Source: an uncultured delta proteobacterium | GTDB lineage: Bacteria; Myxococcota_A; Polyangia; Polyangiales; B10-G4 | Reading direction: 5' to 3' | NCBI GenBank assembly: GCA_963727445.1 | Contig: CAVSGI010000013.1 | Location: 352,001-416,000 of the forward strand | Length of the DNA: 64,000 bases | Shown: positions 1 to 10,711 of the stretch, one piece after another | How positions within the stretch are numbered: position 1 is the stretch's first letter | How the letters are laid out: each line of letters opens with the position of its first letter | Made by a program: the position numbers and the translations under genes | The notes under the pieces: model-generated | Database searches by the model: none | Told to the model about the DNA's origin: nothing | What the model saw: only the letters and a program-made list of their open reading frames with translations

Positions 1-689
1 CGCCGACACCTCGCCCCAGCGAAGCCCGGTGAGCCCCTGCGTCCACGCCGCGGCCGCGAGCATCGGATCCCCGGCACGTAGCGCTTCGAGAAGCCGCGCC
101 AGCTCACGCGGCGGCAGCGAGTTCGACTCCTCGAGGTTCGGCTGAACCTTGAGGAAGCGCACCTCCTCCGCCGGGTTGAACGTCAGCCCGACCGGCCGCC
201 GCGCGTCGTTGAACATCGCGCGAAGCACCCGAAGCCAGCTGTTGATGGTCGCCGGTGCGTACTGAGCGAGCGACGCGATCATCCACCGCTCGATGTCGCC
301 CGGCGCGACGTCGCGCATCGGCATCTCCGCGATGCGATCGCTGAGCCGGTCCAGCGCGAGCGCGTAGCGCTCGGCCGTCGACGCGTTCAGGTCACCGCGC
401 GCGATCTTTCGCTCGAGCCACGAGCTCGCGAAATCGCCGACCACGACCGGGGCCGTCTTCGGCATCGGGCTCGGCCGGCTCACCGGCGGTCCCGAACATC
501 GAACGTCCGGAGCAGCGCCTCGCGCGCCTCGATCGCTTCCTGCCGCGACACGTCCTCGAGAACGCGCCGCAGGTTCACGCGCTTGCCCGTCGACGGATCG
601 ACCGGCTGCGCGCGCACGATCCACACTTTCCTCTTCAGTTGCCAAAGACCAGGCAGGACCCGCCGGCCCTGCTTTTCTGATTTCCTCAT
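1..689 (-). CDS. Tyrosine recombinase/integrase, running off the left edge; N-terminal (arm-binding-like) part 480-689 is out of frame with the core
   Basis: Manual translation of the minus strand gives GDFASSWLERK...STAERY...APATINSWLRVLRAMFNDA...NPA...TGLRWGEVSA (catalytic Arg box). ATG at 689 with GGAGG upstream starts MRKSEKQGRRVLPGLWQLKRKVWIVRAQPVDPSTGKRVNLRR, which stops at 480 in a different frame. Confidence 0.9.
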
Positions 690-729
690 CGCGATACACC
701 TCCGGGCGGAGGCGAGCCGCGTGAGCACG

Positions 730-906
730 CCCTTCCAGCATAGCGAGGAGATCGACCCGACGAAACAGGAGCGTCCGCCCCCGCCGCCCGATCGGCGCCA
801 CCTCCCCACGCTGCACCGCCATCAACAGCCCCCGGCGCGACCGATAGCGGAGGAAGACGCGCGCCTCCTCCGTCGTCATCAGCTCCTGAGATGGATCGCC
901 GGCCAT
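730..906 (-). CDS. Excisionase-like helix-turn-helix domain (HTH_17/MerR-like); its frame stays open into the integrase core
   Basis: MAGDPSQELMTTEEARVFLRYRSRRGLLMAVQRGEVAPIGRRGRTLLFRRVDLLAMLE from ATG 906; typical LMTTEEA...F.R.DL pattern, directly upstream of int. Confidence 0.75.
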
Positions 907-1457
907 GGGACGCCGGCGAACGTCGGTCGTCAGCGCAGCGATGGAAGGCTCCGAAATGGGGAGATCGTATTTCGGGGGGTGGGCTCGGCTCGTGGACGGT
1001 TCACTGCGCCAAGCTCGGGTCCTCGGTGCGGCGCCGAGTGTGCCAGCACCCATTCGACCAGCGATTCACCAGGTTGGCGACCAAGCGCTCCACCAAAGTA
1101 TTTGTCGGTGTCGCCTGGGTCACGCCTAGAGAACGTACGCATCCTCAGTCGAGCGGTCGATGTTTGTGTCCAAATACATCAGCCCGTTCGCTATCCGCCC
1201 GCCTGCGCGCCGGACCGGTCACCATGGAAACATCCAGCAAGCCCCGCTTCAGGTCTTGCAGCGATTCGACCCGACCTGGCGGTCGTCGAAGCGGCGAAGC
1301 CAGCCCCAAACGAGAGGACGCGGACACAGGGTGGTCGCGCCGCCTCTGCGGGCGCAGGCGAGGATGTGTGCTCCCGGTCCTTGTTTCCGTACATCGAGTC
1401 GTGGGTCAGTTGTGAGGGCGGGGAGGAAAGTATAGATGCATCCAGGGTCTCGGTCTC

Positions 1458-1877
1458 GTGGTGCTGGTGGCGATGCTGCCCGTGCCGAGACCCTGGAGAG
1501 AACGAGGAAACCAACGCGATGACCGCGATGTTGCCGGCGTGGAAAACGGGCGGCTCCTCATCGCGGCTACGGTGACCAATCTTTCCCTCGTTGTTGACGA
1601 TGTGCGCAGGTTCCCGCACGTCCGACGGTGGCACGAGGCGTCCCACGTGATGGCCATCCAAGCGTCGAGCGGCAGGATCTTCGTGGGCGGTCGAAGCTAC
1701 CGGCACACCAGCGACGGAGACGTCAACCAAGCGATCGTGTATCGGGTCGATGCTGGGGGGCTCATCTGGAGCGGAGCCTTGGGCGACGTGCGCGGATCCC
1801 CGGACGAGTGGGCGACCGACGTGGCCGTTCGGAGTGCTGGAGACCTCGTGATCTCGGCACGAATGATGGCGTTGTGA
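1458..1877 (+). pseudogene. Probable C-terminal remnant of a beta-propeller repeat protein
   Basis: MAIQASSGRIFVGGRS...AIVYRVDAGG.LIW...DEWATDVAVRSAGDLVI resembles propeller blades; the N-terminus is unconvincing. Confidence 0.35.
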
Positions 1878-2664
1878 ACTCGCAGACCCGAAACGCCTCG
1901 ACGATCTTCTTGGCGATGACGCTGGCGGCGTGCGGGCAGTCCCATGACCCCGCTAACCCTGAGGAGGATGCCGCGATGGATGCGCCGATGGATGCACACG
2001 ACAGTGGCTTTGAGGCCGGAGCGGACTCGGCATCTCCTGATGCCGATGGCAGCACGTGGCGTCCGTGGGATGGTGGTCCTGAGGACTCGAGCGCGGGTGA
2101 CAGCGCCGAGATGGATTCCGGCCCGGTCTGCTCTGCGCGCGACGGGGGATGCCTGCCCGGAATCGAGACTTTCGAAATGGAGCCGTTTCCCGAGTTCGGC
2201 ATCGTATCGACGCCCTACATGTATCACTCCGGCCTCGTCTTGAGCATGCCGGTGCCAAACGATTTCGGGCAATCACCGGTGACCATGGTGCGCTGCGGCG
2301 CTTCGGGCTTCTTCGGTTTCCGCTGCAGTGAAGGCGCCCGTTTCATCCCGTCCGGCACCACGTTCATCGCCTCGGCCGAGATCGGTCTGCACTATGACTA
2401 CGTCGAGTTCACGCTTCCGGCGAATGCGAGCCTCGTCCGATTCCACGTGGCCGCGACATCCGACCTTTCCTCCCCCCCACCGTCCAGGCGATCGGCGTGA
2501 GCGTTGATGGTGTCGAGAGCTACGCGGTACCGCTAGTCGCCCCTCACTACACCCGCTGGGATGAGGGGGTGGTCGAGGTGCGCAGCGATGACGGGATCCG
2601 CAAGCTGCGCATCACTGTCGAGCCGCGCCGTCCCATCGCCATCGACGACATCAGCTGGGAGTAG
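1874..2664 (+). CDS. Lipoprotein with acidic DA/DM linker; frameshift at the C-run near 2475
   Basis: Lipobox IFLAMTLAAC, then DAAMDAPMDAHDSG; after the poly-C another frame continues TVQAIGVSVDG...IAIDDISWE to TAG at 2662-2664. Confidence 0.65.
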
Positions 2665-2819
2665 CGGCCGTCAGCATCGAGGAGAACACTCGGGCGGCGT
2701 CGGGCACATCTGGCAGTAGGCGTCGATGCAGCGGTACAACGGCGCGGGGGTTCGGTCCTCGCACGCAAGACTGGCGCGTCCCGCTCATCGAAGAGGATCT
2801 GTCGCTGGAAACCACGACC

Positions 2820-3410
2820 TTGCATCTCTCGATGGCCAGTCTGCTGCCACAAGAGGTTCTCGACGATCTGACCCGCCGATTCGGCGCTCGATTCTCCGAC
2901 CTCGACGAGCACGGTCGGCTCGCCGTGGCCACCGCCGCGGCGGAGGGGAAAGTCACCAACCGGATGCTGCAAGCCGTCACCACCGCGCACCCGCGCGACT
3001 TGACGCTGCTTCTCCAGCGCTTGGTCGCCGACGGCCTCCTCGAGCGTCACGGGGACCGCCAGGGTGCTTGGTACACGGCTCCCGAGGCTCCCAAAGCTGC
3101 TCCCCAAACCGCTCCCCAAACCTCCCCCCAAACCTCCCCCCAAACCCAAATCATCGAGGAAAACGAGGACCCCGTCGCCAAGGTGGCTGGGAAGTCCTGG
3201 GCGCGAAGAGAGGACGTCGAGCGTGCCATCCTCGCCCTCTGCAGAGGCCGATTTCGGACGGCCCGCGAGCTCGCGGATCAGCTCGGGCGGGCCGTCAAGA
3301 CGATCTCGCAGAACTACGTCTCACAGCTCGTTAAAGACGGGCGGCTCGAGCAGAAGGACCCGAGCAACCCTCAGAACCCTGACCAGGCCTACCGGACCGT
3401 CGAGAGCTGA
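2820..3410 (+). pseudogene. C-terminal winged-helix part of an ATP-binding/RecG-C-like transcriptional regulator (N-terminal domains missing)
   Basis: VTNRMLQ...RDLTLLLQRLVADGLLERHGDRQGAWY, then ILALCRGRFRTARELADQLGR...LVKDGRL...PSNPQNPDQAY. Confidence 0.6.
3098..3146 (+). repeat. 12-bp tandem repeat, 4 copies, encoding APQT/SPQT linker
   Basis: gctccccaaacc gctccccaaacc tccccccaaacc tccccccaaacc. Confidence 0.8.
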
Positions 3411-3547
3411 CGCCGCCGAACCTCGCGGCCCGCTGACTACCTGTTGACTACACCCCCGTGCCCAACCGTTCCCGTGCGTGCTCACGCGATGTCGCCAACG
3501 CCGCGTCTTCGTTCAATTCACAAATCGGGTCGGGGACGGTTGGGCCA

Positions 3548-3592
3548 TTGCCAAGGTTGAAGTCGTGGGTTCGAATCCCATGTCCCGCTCCA
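3548..3592 (+). tRNA. 3' half of tRNA-Gly(GCC): att-site duplication, not a full tRNA
   Basis: TTGCCAA anticodon loop, GTGGG-TTCGAAT-CCCAT T-arm, GTCCCGC-TCCA acceptor strand; no matching 5' acceptor strand or D-arm upstream. Confidence 0.88.
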
Positions 3593-3616
3593 CGAGACTT
3601 CGCTTAGAGGGGTAGT

Positions 3617-3655
3617 GATTTCGGCTGGTTGGCGATTCGTCGACCGGCCGAAGTC
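3617..3655 (+). terminator. Long hairpin downstream of the tRNA fragment, probably the original tRNA terminator
   Basis: GATTTCGGCTGGTTGGCG-ATT-CGTCGACCGGCCGAAGTC pairs fully when G-U is allowed. Confidence 0.55.
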
Positions 3656-3774
3656 GTATCTGGGATCTGAGCGTCGAGCCACGTTGGTGGACGCTGTCCT
3701 TCAGTCGTGCTTCGCGAGTCTTGCAGGCCCTTCGATAGCCCCGCTCTGCCAGGTGGCCGGCGTACAATGCCGAC

Positions 3775-6624
3775 GTGGGGACTGGCTTCGTCGGTCGGGA
3801 CTCCGAGCTCGAGACGCTCGATGGTGTGCTCGTTCTGGCCCACGGCGGCCGAGGCGGGCTCGTCATCGTTTCGGGAGACCCAGGGATCGGCAAGACGCGC
3901 CTCTCTCTGGAAGCGTGTCGTCGCGCGGAGGCCCGAGGACAGCGCGTCGCGTGGGGCCGGGCCTGGGAAGCGGGCGGTGCGCCCTCCGGCTGGCCCGTGA
4001 CCGAGATCGTGCGCGAGATCGCCAGCGAGGCCGCCCTCGCGAAGCTCGGCGACAAGCGCGCTTTCCTCCATCCCCTCGTGCCCGACGAGCTCGTCGATGC
4101 TCCGCCCGGGCCGCAAAGCGACGACAAGAGCGCCCGCTTCCGCACCTACGAGGCGGTGATGCTCCTCGTGACGGCAGTGGCCGAGGAGACACCCCTGGTC
4201 CTCGTCTTCGACGACCTCCACGCCGCCGACGCGATGACCACCGAGCTCGTCCACTTCGTGGCGCGCTCCACGGCGGCGCGTCCGGTGGGCATCGTGGTGA
4301 CATGGCGCCCGCACGAGGCGAGGCTCTCCGCACCGTCGCTAGACCAGCTCTCGGCGATCGCCCGCGAGGCGACGATGATCGACCTCGGGCCGCTCTCCGA
4401 CGACGACGCGGCGGAGGTCGTGAGGCGTGCGCTCGGTGAGCGCGGCACCGAGGCAGACGACGGAGCGCTCCTGAGCATCCTCGAGGCCGGGCAGGGCAAC
4501 CCGCTCTTCGTCGAAGAGCTCGCGCGCGGCTCCGCGACCGGGGTGCGGCTCCCAGGCGGGCTCGAGCATGCGATCCGCGGGCACCTGTCGCGCCTCGACG
4601 AGGTGGCGCGCTCCGTGACGGAGGTCGCGGCCGTCTTCGGACGCCGCGTGGACCGCGCGTTCCTGACGGAGGTATGCGCCGCACAGCTGAACATCTCGAC
4701 CGCGGCCTGTGCCGACGCGGTCGAGCGCGCGATCGAGAACGACGTGCTCACTGCCGAAGGTCCCTCGGTGCTCTCCTTCGTCCACATCCTGGTGCGGGAC
4801 GCGCTCTACGAGTCGATCGCCATCGGCGAACGCCGGCGGCGGCACGCGACCGCCCTGAACGCCATGAACGCGCGGGGTACCGCCTCCGCCGCCGAGCTCG
4901 CGTTCCAGGCGCTTCGTGCCTACCCCGAGACGCCCGCGGATCAGGTGCTGGACCTCGCCAGCCGCGCGGCGGAGGAGGCGCGCCGCACCTACGGTTTCGC
5001 CGAAGCGGCCGCCATCGTCAGTCGCGCGATCACCACGGTCGCCGGCGATCGCTCAGTCGAGACCGAGCGGCTCGCGGAGATCGAGCTCGAGCTCGCGCGC
5101 GACGAGATCATGAGCGGACGGGTACAGGCCGGGAAGGAGATCGCCCAGCGCGTCGCGGTGGCGGCCGACCGACGAAACCCGGCTCCCGCTCGTGTTCGCG
5201 ACGCCCGCCGCCGATTGGCAGCCGATTGAAGAAGAGGCGCTGGCGTTGACGCGAAGCTACGGCGACGAGATCCAGATGCTCCGTGCGATGGCGATGGCGT
5301 TCATGACGTTCACCATGGCCGCCGACGCGGAGCGGGCGGCGGAGGTCTTGCGCGAAGCCACGGAGATCGCGCGCCGATTTCCAGAGCCCCAGCACCGCTA
5401 TCGGGTCCTGTACGCGAACGCGATGGAAGCCGCTCGCCGCGGCCACTTCGACGAAGCCGAAGCGTTCGTTCAGGAAGCCGAGGCCGCGCGGAGTTGCGGC
5501 TTCGTCGAGACGACCCTCCCCGTTCTCCCCCTCTACCGCTTCGGTCAGATGCTGACGCAGAGGCGCTGGGACGAAAGCATCGACGCTCACCAGGCAGAGG
5601 CGCTTCTGGGTACACAACAGGGCGCCCAGATCATGTTCGCCATGATGCAGGCCGAAATGGGTCGCATGGAGCGGATCCCGGCGCTGCTCGCCCAGATCGA
5701 CCGCGACTTCTTCGGCCGTCCCACCGCCATGGTCAACGGCGTCGCGAAGATGGCGATCGCGGTCGGGGATCGTTCGATGGCCGCGGCATGCCGGGACGCG
5801 CTCCTGCCGCGGCGGAGCGAGGTAATCCTCTGGGGCTTCGCCGGCTTCACGACGGAGGGAGCCCTCGCCGCCACCCTCGGAAAGCTCGCGGCCACCCTCG
5901 GCGATCTAGAGGAGGCCCGTGGCCACTTCCTGCACGCCATCGAGATCGACACGCGCACTCATGGGCGGGTGGCGCTGGCGCACGCCCACGCCGATTGGGC
6001 GGCGATCCTCCTCCGCCAGGGCGACGCCACCCACGCCAACGAAGCAGCCGAGCACCGCGCACGCGCCGATGCGCTCTACCGCGAGCTCGGCCTGGTGCAC
6101 CTGATGAGCTCACAGCCATCCGAAGGTGCGGTCGCCAGCGGCGCCTCGAGCGACGAGGTCGCGCGGGTGCTCGGCGTCGTCCGCGAAGGGGCGACGTGCG
6201 CCCTCACCCTGGGGAGCGAGACCCTGCGAGTGCGCGACTCGAAGGGCGTTCGCTACCTGGCCATGCTCGTGGAGCGCGCCGGACGCGCGGTGCACGTCCT
6301 CGATCTGGTCGCGGGCGGCGCCGGCGTGTCACGACTGGAGCTCGATGGCTCCGACGCCGGACCCGTGATCGATGAACGCGCACGCGACGCCTACCGCCAG
6401 AAGCTCTCGGACCTCGCCAGCGAGCTCGAGGAGGCCGAGAGGAACGCGGACCTCGGCCGCGGCGAGCGTGTCCAGGCCGAGATCGACGCCCTGGTGACCG
6501 AGCTGACGCGCGCGCTCGGCCTGGGCGGGCGCAACCGCCGCGCCGGCTCGAACGCGGAGCGGGCGCGGGTGAACGTCCAGCGCCGGACGGGGTCGAGGGC
6601 CCCACCCACGCGAGGGTCCAGTGA
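3775..6624 (+). CDS. AAA_16-type ATPase/TPR transcriptional regulator, frameshifted near 5180; 3' end uncertain
   Basis: FVGRDSEL, Walker A GDPGIGKT, Walker B VLVFDDLHAAD, GNPLFVEEL, FVHILVRDALY; second frame has KGVRYLAML and AERARVNVQRR C-terminal motifs. Confidence 0.8.
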
Positions 6625-7781
6625 GGCTGGGGGTCACGGTCGAGGCGACCCAGGGCTGCGGGGCGGCCCGCGTCCTGCTCTTCGCTCTGGCCGAGCTGGG
6701 CATCGAGCACCGACTGGTCGCGCGGAGCGACGGCTACTTTCTCGAGCGCCACGGCCGACCCGGGCCCGTGCTCCGGGACGAGGCGAACACGTTCGTCGGC
6801 TTGGCGGCCTGCCTCGACCACCTGGCGAGCCCGAGCGAGCGGGCCGCGATCGAGGCGTTCACCCGGCGCTTCCACCCCGCCCTCCGCGCGGTCCTCGCGA
6901 AGCGCGACGACGAGGCGACGCGGGCCGAGCTCGAACGCGCCCTGCGCGATCTGAGCGAGGCGCTCGGGGATCGGAAGTACCTGCTGGACGCGCCCAGCCT
7001 CGCCGACACCAACGCCCTCTCCCTCCGCGTCGCCGCCTTCTTGGGCTTCGACCTCGTGCGCTGGCCGAGCCTGGTGGCCTACCGCGCTCGGGTGGAGTCC
7101 CGGCCAGCGTGGGAGCTGGCATCGACGGAGATGGACGAGATGCATCCCGAAACTCTCCTCCGCTTCTGGTTCGGAGACGCGCCGGCAGATTCGGAGGGAG
7201 CGCTGATCGCGAAGGTCCGGCGCTGGTTCCAGGGCGGCCCTGATTTCGATCGCGCGATCGAGGCCCGGTTCTCGCGACTGGTGAGAAAGGCGCTCGCCGG
7301 CGATCTCGACGCCTGGACCGCGACTCCCCGCGGCCGCCTGGCGCTGGTGATCGCCCTCGATCAGCTCCCGCGCAACCTTCATCGCGAAGAGCCGAGGGCC
7401 TACGCGGGCGACGCGCGAGCGCAGGAGATCGCGCTCGAGGCGATGGACGCGGGGGCGCAGCGGGCGCTGAGCGCGGAGGAGCGGATCTTCCTGAACATGC
7501 CCCTGGTCCACGCCGAGGATCCGGTGCTGCAGGAGCGGGCCGTCGCCGAGGCCCGCGCGCTGGCGGCGGACGCCGAGCCCTCCGTGCGTGACGCGCTCTC
7601 GATGGCCGTCGAGCAGGCGGCGAAGTATCGCGACGTGATCGCGCGCTTCGGTCGTTTCCCTCACCGAAACGTCATCCTCGGGCGCGAGAGCAGCCCCGAG
7701 GAGGAGGCTTTCCTGATCGGCTGGCGCGAGCGCGTGCCGCCAGCACGGCTCCGCGCGGGCGCTCAGTCGCGGGTCGCGTAG
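6621..7781 (+). CDS. Glutathione S-transferase-like domain fused to DUF924 domain
   Basis: YLLDAPSLAD...WPSLVAYRARVESRPAW (GST C-domain), then LLRFWFG...ALDQLPRNL...FGRFPHRNVILGRESSPEE (DUF924). Confidence 0.8.
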   Translation: MRLGVTVEATQGCGAARVLLFALAELGIEHRLVARSDGYFLERHGRPGPVLRDEANTFVGLAACLDHLASPSERAAIEAFTRRFHPALRAVLAKRDDEATRAELERALRDLSEALGDRKYLLDAPSLADTNALSLRVAAFLGFDLVRWPSLVAYRARVESRPAWELASTEMDEMHPETLLRFWFGDAPADSEGALIAKVRRWFQGGPDFDRAIEARFSRLVRKALAGDLDAWTATPRGRLALVIALDQLPRNLHREEPRAYAGDARAQEIALEAMDAGAQRALSAEERIFLNMPLVHAEDPVLQERAVAEARALAADAEPSVRDALSMAVEQAAKYRDVIARFGRFPHRNVILGRESSPEEEAFLIGWRERVPPARLRAGAQSRVA

Positions 7782-7793
7782 GGGCGCCGCGAG

Positions 7794-9821
7794 TCAGCCG
7801 AGCACGCTGCAGATGTTCGAGACGCAGCTTCCCTCGCCTGCACAGCAGTCGCCGTCGTCGCGGCACGCTTCGCCGCGCATCGAGCACGTCGGTACGTCCG
7901 GTGGCACGCAGACCGGTCCGGCGCCGACGTCGCGACAGAAGCCGCTGCAGCACTCGCCGCTCGCCGCGCACTCGCGGCCGTCGGCGCGGCAGGCCTCCTC
8001 GGCCCAGAACGCGGCCATGTTCTGGTGCGTGACGTCCTGCTGTGGAATCCAATAGGGCACGCGGCTCGGATCGCTGCCCGCGCTCGGCGCATTCGAGACC
8101 GCGCTCACCCAGAGCTGCCGGCGGCCGGTGCCGCGAGTGCCGACCTGCGCGTTGCCGTAGTCGCGCGCCGCTGAAGAACGCGAGCCAGAAGTAGCCGCCG
8201 GCGTCGAAGGGCGAGAACGTCGGGTAGTAGCTGTTCTGCGCGCCTCCGTTGAGCGCGGCGAGGTCGATCGGCCGAGCCATCCATCCCCACGAGGCGGATT
8301 GCGGCGGGGTACTGCGTGCCGGCGTTGTTCGAGCGGCTGTTCGCGCCGCTCTGGATGGCGATCCAGGCGAGTCGGGCGACCACGACGGGCGGGCGATCGC
8401 GCTTCCGCCGCCGGCCAGGAGCACGCGTCGATGCGCCGAAGGTGTCCGGCCCGGTGACGGGGATGATCCCGAGATCGCTCGCCGTGAAGTCGACGCCCCA
8501 GCTGGCGCCGTTGTGGTTGGTGACGAACGCGATCGAATTGCCGTCGGGCGACCACTCGGGTTGCGCCGAGGCCGTCGTCGGAAGCGGCGTGCCGCTCGGC
8601 GTCAAGCGCGCGCCCGGTCGTCGCGTCGACGAGGAAGATCTCGTTGGCCCAGTTCGCGATCAGCCGCGTCGCGTCGGGGTTGAAGCTCGAGGTGAGCCAG
8701 CGCGTCGTCGTCGGCGGCACGAGCGTGGGCGCAGGATCGGCGGTGAGATCGGCGGTGAGATCGAAGACCGCGCCGAAGCCCCGCGAGGCGTCCCAGATCT
8801 CGGCGGCCATGCGGCGTCCGTCGCGGCTGACCGTGTGGCACGCGACGCAGCGCTCGCCGTCGCTCGCGCGCGGCGGCGGGTTGGGCAGGAAGCTCTCGAG
8901 GCCGCTGCCGTCGCCGCCGATGCGCAGGATGCGACCGCTCGGAGGTCCCAGTAGTAGATCGCGCCGGTGATCGAGGCGGTGGCGAAGTCGAAGCTGCGCG
9001 GCGTGCCCCCGATCGTCTCGCTCGTGGCGGCGATCCAGCGGTCGACCACGATGCTCGTGCTCTCGCCCCCGCTCGAATCGGCCAGCGCGCGCCACTCGTC
9101 GCGGCCGATCGCCCAGTCGAAGCCGAAGCCCGCGCCCGAGTGGAGCACGTAGGCGGTGAGCGTCGACGTGCGGCGCGCTGAGCGTGACGCGGTAGAGGTC
9201 GCCGTCGGCGCCGCGCTCCCACTGCACGTCGGGCGGGTAGACGTTCTGCGGGAAGAGCGTGCCGTCGAGCGGATAGAGGAGGTTGGCTGCGCGCGGGGCG
9301 TCGTCGGTAGGTGCACCGAAGCGCGAGGCTGCGTCGGCGGGGACGCCCGGCCCGAGCACGCTGCGGGTCAGCGAGACCGTCAGCGTCGTCGTCGCGCTCA
9401 TGCCGAGGGCGTCGGCCTGGATCGTCTCGACGCCGCCGATGTCGCCGTCGACGGTGAAGACGCCCGTGGTCGAGTCGATGTCGCCGAGGCGGCTCGAGGC
9501 CGCCGACCAGAACACGGTGCCGAGCGTGGACGTGCTGCCGTCGCTCCAGCTCGCCTGCAGCTGGAAGTCGACTGACTGTGGGGTGCCGTCCGAGGTCACG
9601 CTCGGATCGGCTGGCGTGATCGCGATCGAGACGACCGCGGGAGGCGCGGCCACGTCGGAGCGCGCGTCGTCGCGCATGCTCGCGTCCAGGCTCGCGCGCG
9701 GCTCGCACGTGCCGTCGATGCAGATGTCGGTCGACGCGCAGTCGGCGCTGGTGGAGCAGACGCCCGGGGTCGGTCCCGAGCCACAGGCAGACAAGAGGAT
9801 CGCGAGGAAAAGCCGGCGCAT
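7794..9821 (-). CDS. TolB/PD40-like beta-propeller lipoprotein with Cys-rich ends; several frameshifts
   Basis: Lipobox LLSAC; LLYPLDGTLFPQN, GAIYYW, CVACHTVSRDG, PEWSPDG, YYPTFSPF, YFWLAFFS, RDYGN and QLWV motifs spread over three frames. Confidence 0.8.
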   Translation of the reverse strand: MRRLFLAILLSACGSGPTPGVCSTSADCASTDICIDGTCEPRASLDASMRDDARSDVAAPPAVVSIAITPADPSVTSDGTPQSVDFQLQASWSDGSTSTLGTVFWSAASSRLGDIDSTTGVFTVDGDIGGVETIQADALGMSATTTLTVSLTRSVLGPGVPADAASRFGAPTDDAPRAANLLYPLDGTLFPQNVYPPDVQWERGADGDLYRVTLSAPHVDAHRLRAPLGRGLRLRLGDRPRRVARAGRFERGREHEHRGRPLDRRHERDDRGHAAQLRLRHRLDHRRDLLLGPPSGRILRIGGDGSGLESFLPNPPPRASDGERCVACHTVSRDGRRMAAEIWDASRGFGAVFDLTADLTADPAPTLVPPTTTRWLTSSFNPDATRLIANWANEIFLVDATTGRALDAERHAASDDGLGATRVVARRQFDRVRHQPQRRQLGRRLHGERSRDHPRHRAGHLRRIDACSWPAAEARSPARRGRPTRLDRHPERREQPLEQRRHAVPRRNPPRGDGWLGRSTSPRSTEARRTATTRRSRPSTPAATSGSRSSAARDYGNAQVGTRGTGRRQLWVSAVSNAPSAGSDPSRVPYWIPQQDVTHQNMAAFWAEEACRADGRECAASGECCSGFCRDVGAGPVCVPPDVPTCSMRGEACRDDGDCCAGEGSCVSNICSVLG

Positions 9822-10279
9822 GCGATCACGTTACCAGCTCTCTGCAGAGCTCGGTCATCGCTGTGTGGGCGGGCAGCCCCAGATCCCGGTTTCGCGCCTC
9901 CTGCCTCGGGATCCCGAGAACATACACGCTGGCCGACGAGGGGGCGCTCGCTTCGTGGCATGCTCGGGCCATGGGGACGACGTTTCCGGCTCGCCGAGGT
10001 GTTCGCTGAACACGGTCGGAGGCCGCGATCGGCTCCGGCCTCTACGACGCAGGGCGCATCCTGCGCGAGCTCCCCCTCCCGATTCCGGACCTCCTCGTCG
10101 CACCGGTGCACGAGCGGAGATTTCGCTACCGCTCCGGCCCGTGCTCCGCCGAGCACGACGAGGTCAGCGTCAACGGCGCGACATACCAGTCGATCGCGGT
10201 CGAAGCCGAGCGACTCGACGTCGTGCACGCGCTCTCGGAAGCCATCCACCTCGACCAGTACCGTGGGTCGTACCGAAAA

Positions 10280-10560
10280 GGGATTGATGCCCTCTCGAAG
10301 AGACGGCTTCGGGCTGCGGACGACGACGGTGGTGAAGAAACCGTACATCACGACCACCCATGACGCGATGCCGGCAAACCACACCAGCAAACGCACCAGG
10401 AGGAGCGAGCTGAGGACACCGTACGACCCGAGGTTGACCCAGAGCAGCCCCGTGGCGATTCGTGGCAACCCAGATGCTTCTGCCGCGATCGAGACGATCC
10501 CCGTGGCCATCACGAGCGCGAAGTAGCCCGGAAACAGCGTCTCGATGCCCCGTGCTGGAC
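10280..10560 (-). pseudogene. Fragment of a tellurite-resistance/C4-dicarboxylate (TDT/SLAC1) transporter
   Basis: LFPGYFALVMATGIVSIAA...KPSLREGIN, then abrupt loss of similarity; no clear start. Confidence 0.65.
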
Positions 10561-10711
10561 CTCTCGGACTGCGACGTGGCGCGGGGCGACGGCGGCGCGG
10601 GCGGCGCGGGCGGCGTGGGTGGGCGCGGTCAGAGCGGCGGCGCGGGCGGATGCGCTCGTCGCTCGCCTCGCTGATTGACAACCGCCGATCCGGCGTCGCA
10701 AATCGACCGTC

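Larger units (their letters stand above)
1..3592. mobile_element. Right end of an integrative element/genomic island inserted at a tRNA-Gly gene
   Basis: xis-like gene, integrase and gene remnants, bounded by a tRNA-Gly 3' fragment at 3548-3592. Confidence 0.8.

Noticed and set aside
3517..3592. Complete tRNA-Gly gene
   Set aside because: The 5' acceptor strand and D-arm are absent; only the 3' half is present.
5192..7243. 683-aa ORF overlapping the GST gene by about 600 nt
   Set aside because: After RARVNVQRR the translation is Arg/Pro/Gly-rich off-frame text; the real gene probably ends near 6624.
7794..9821. Programmed frameshifting in the TolB-like gene
   Set aside because: Several scattered shifts with no slippery sites seen; better explained by sequence error.
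9905..9918. Perfect 14-bp palindrome CTCGGGATCCCGAG
   Set aside because: Single GC-rich occurrence with no supporting context.
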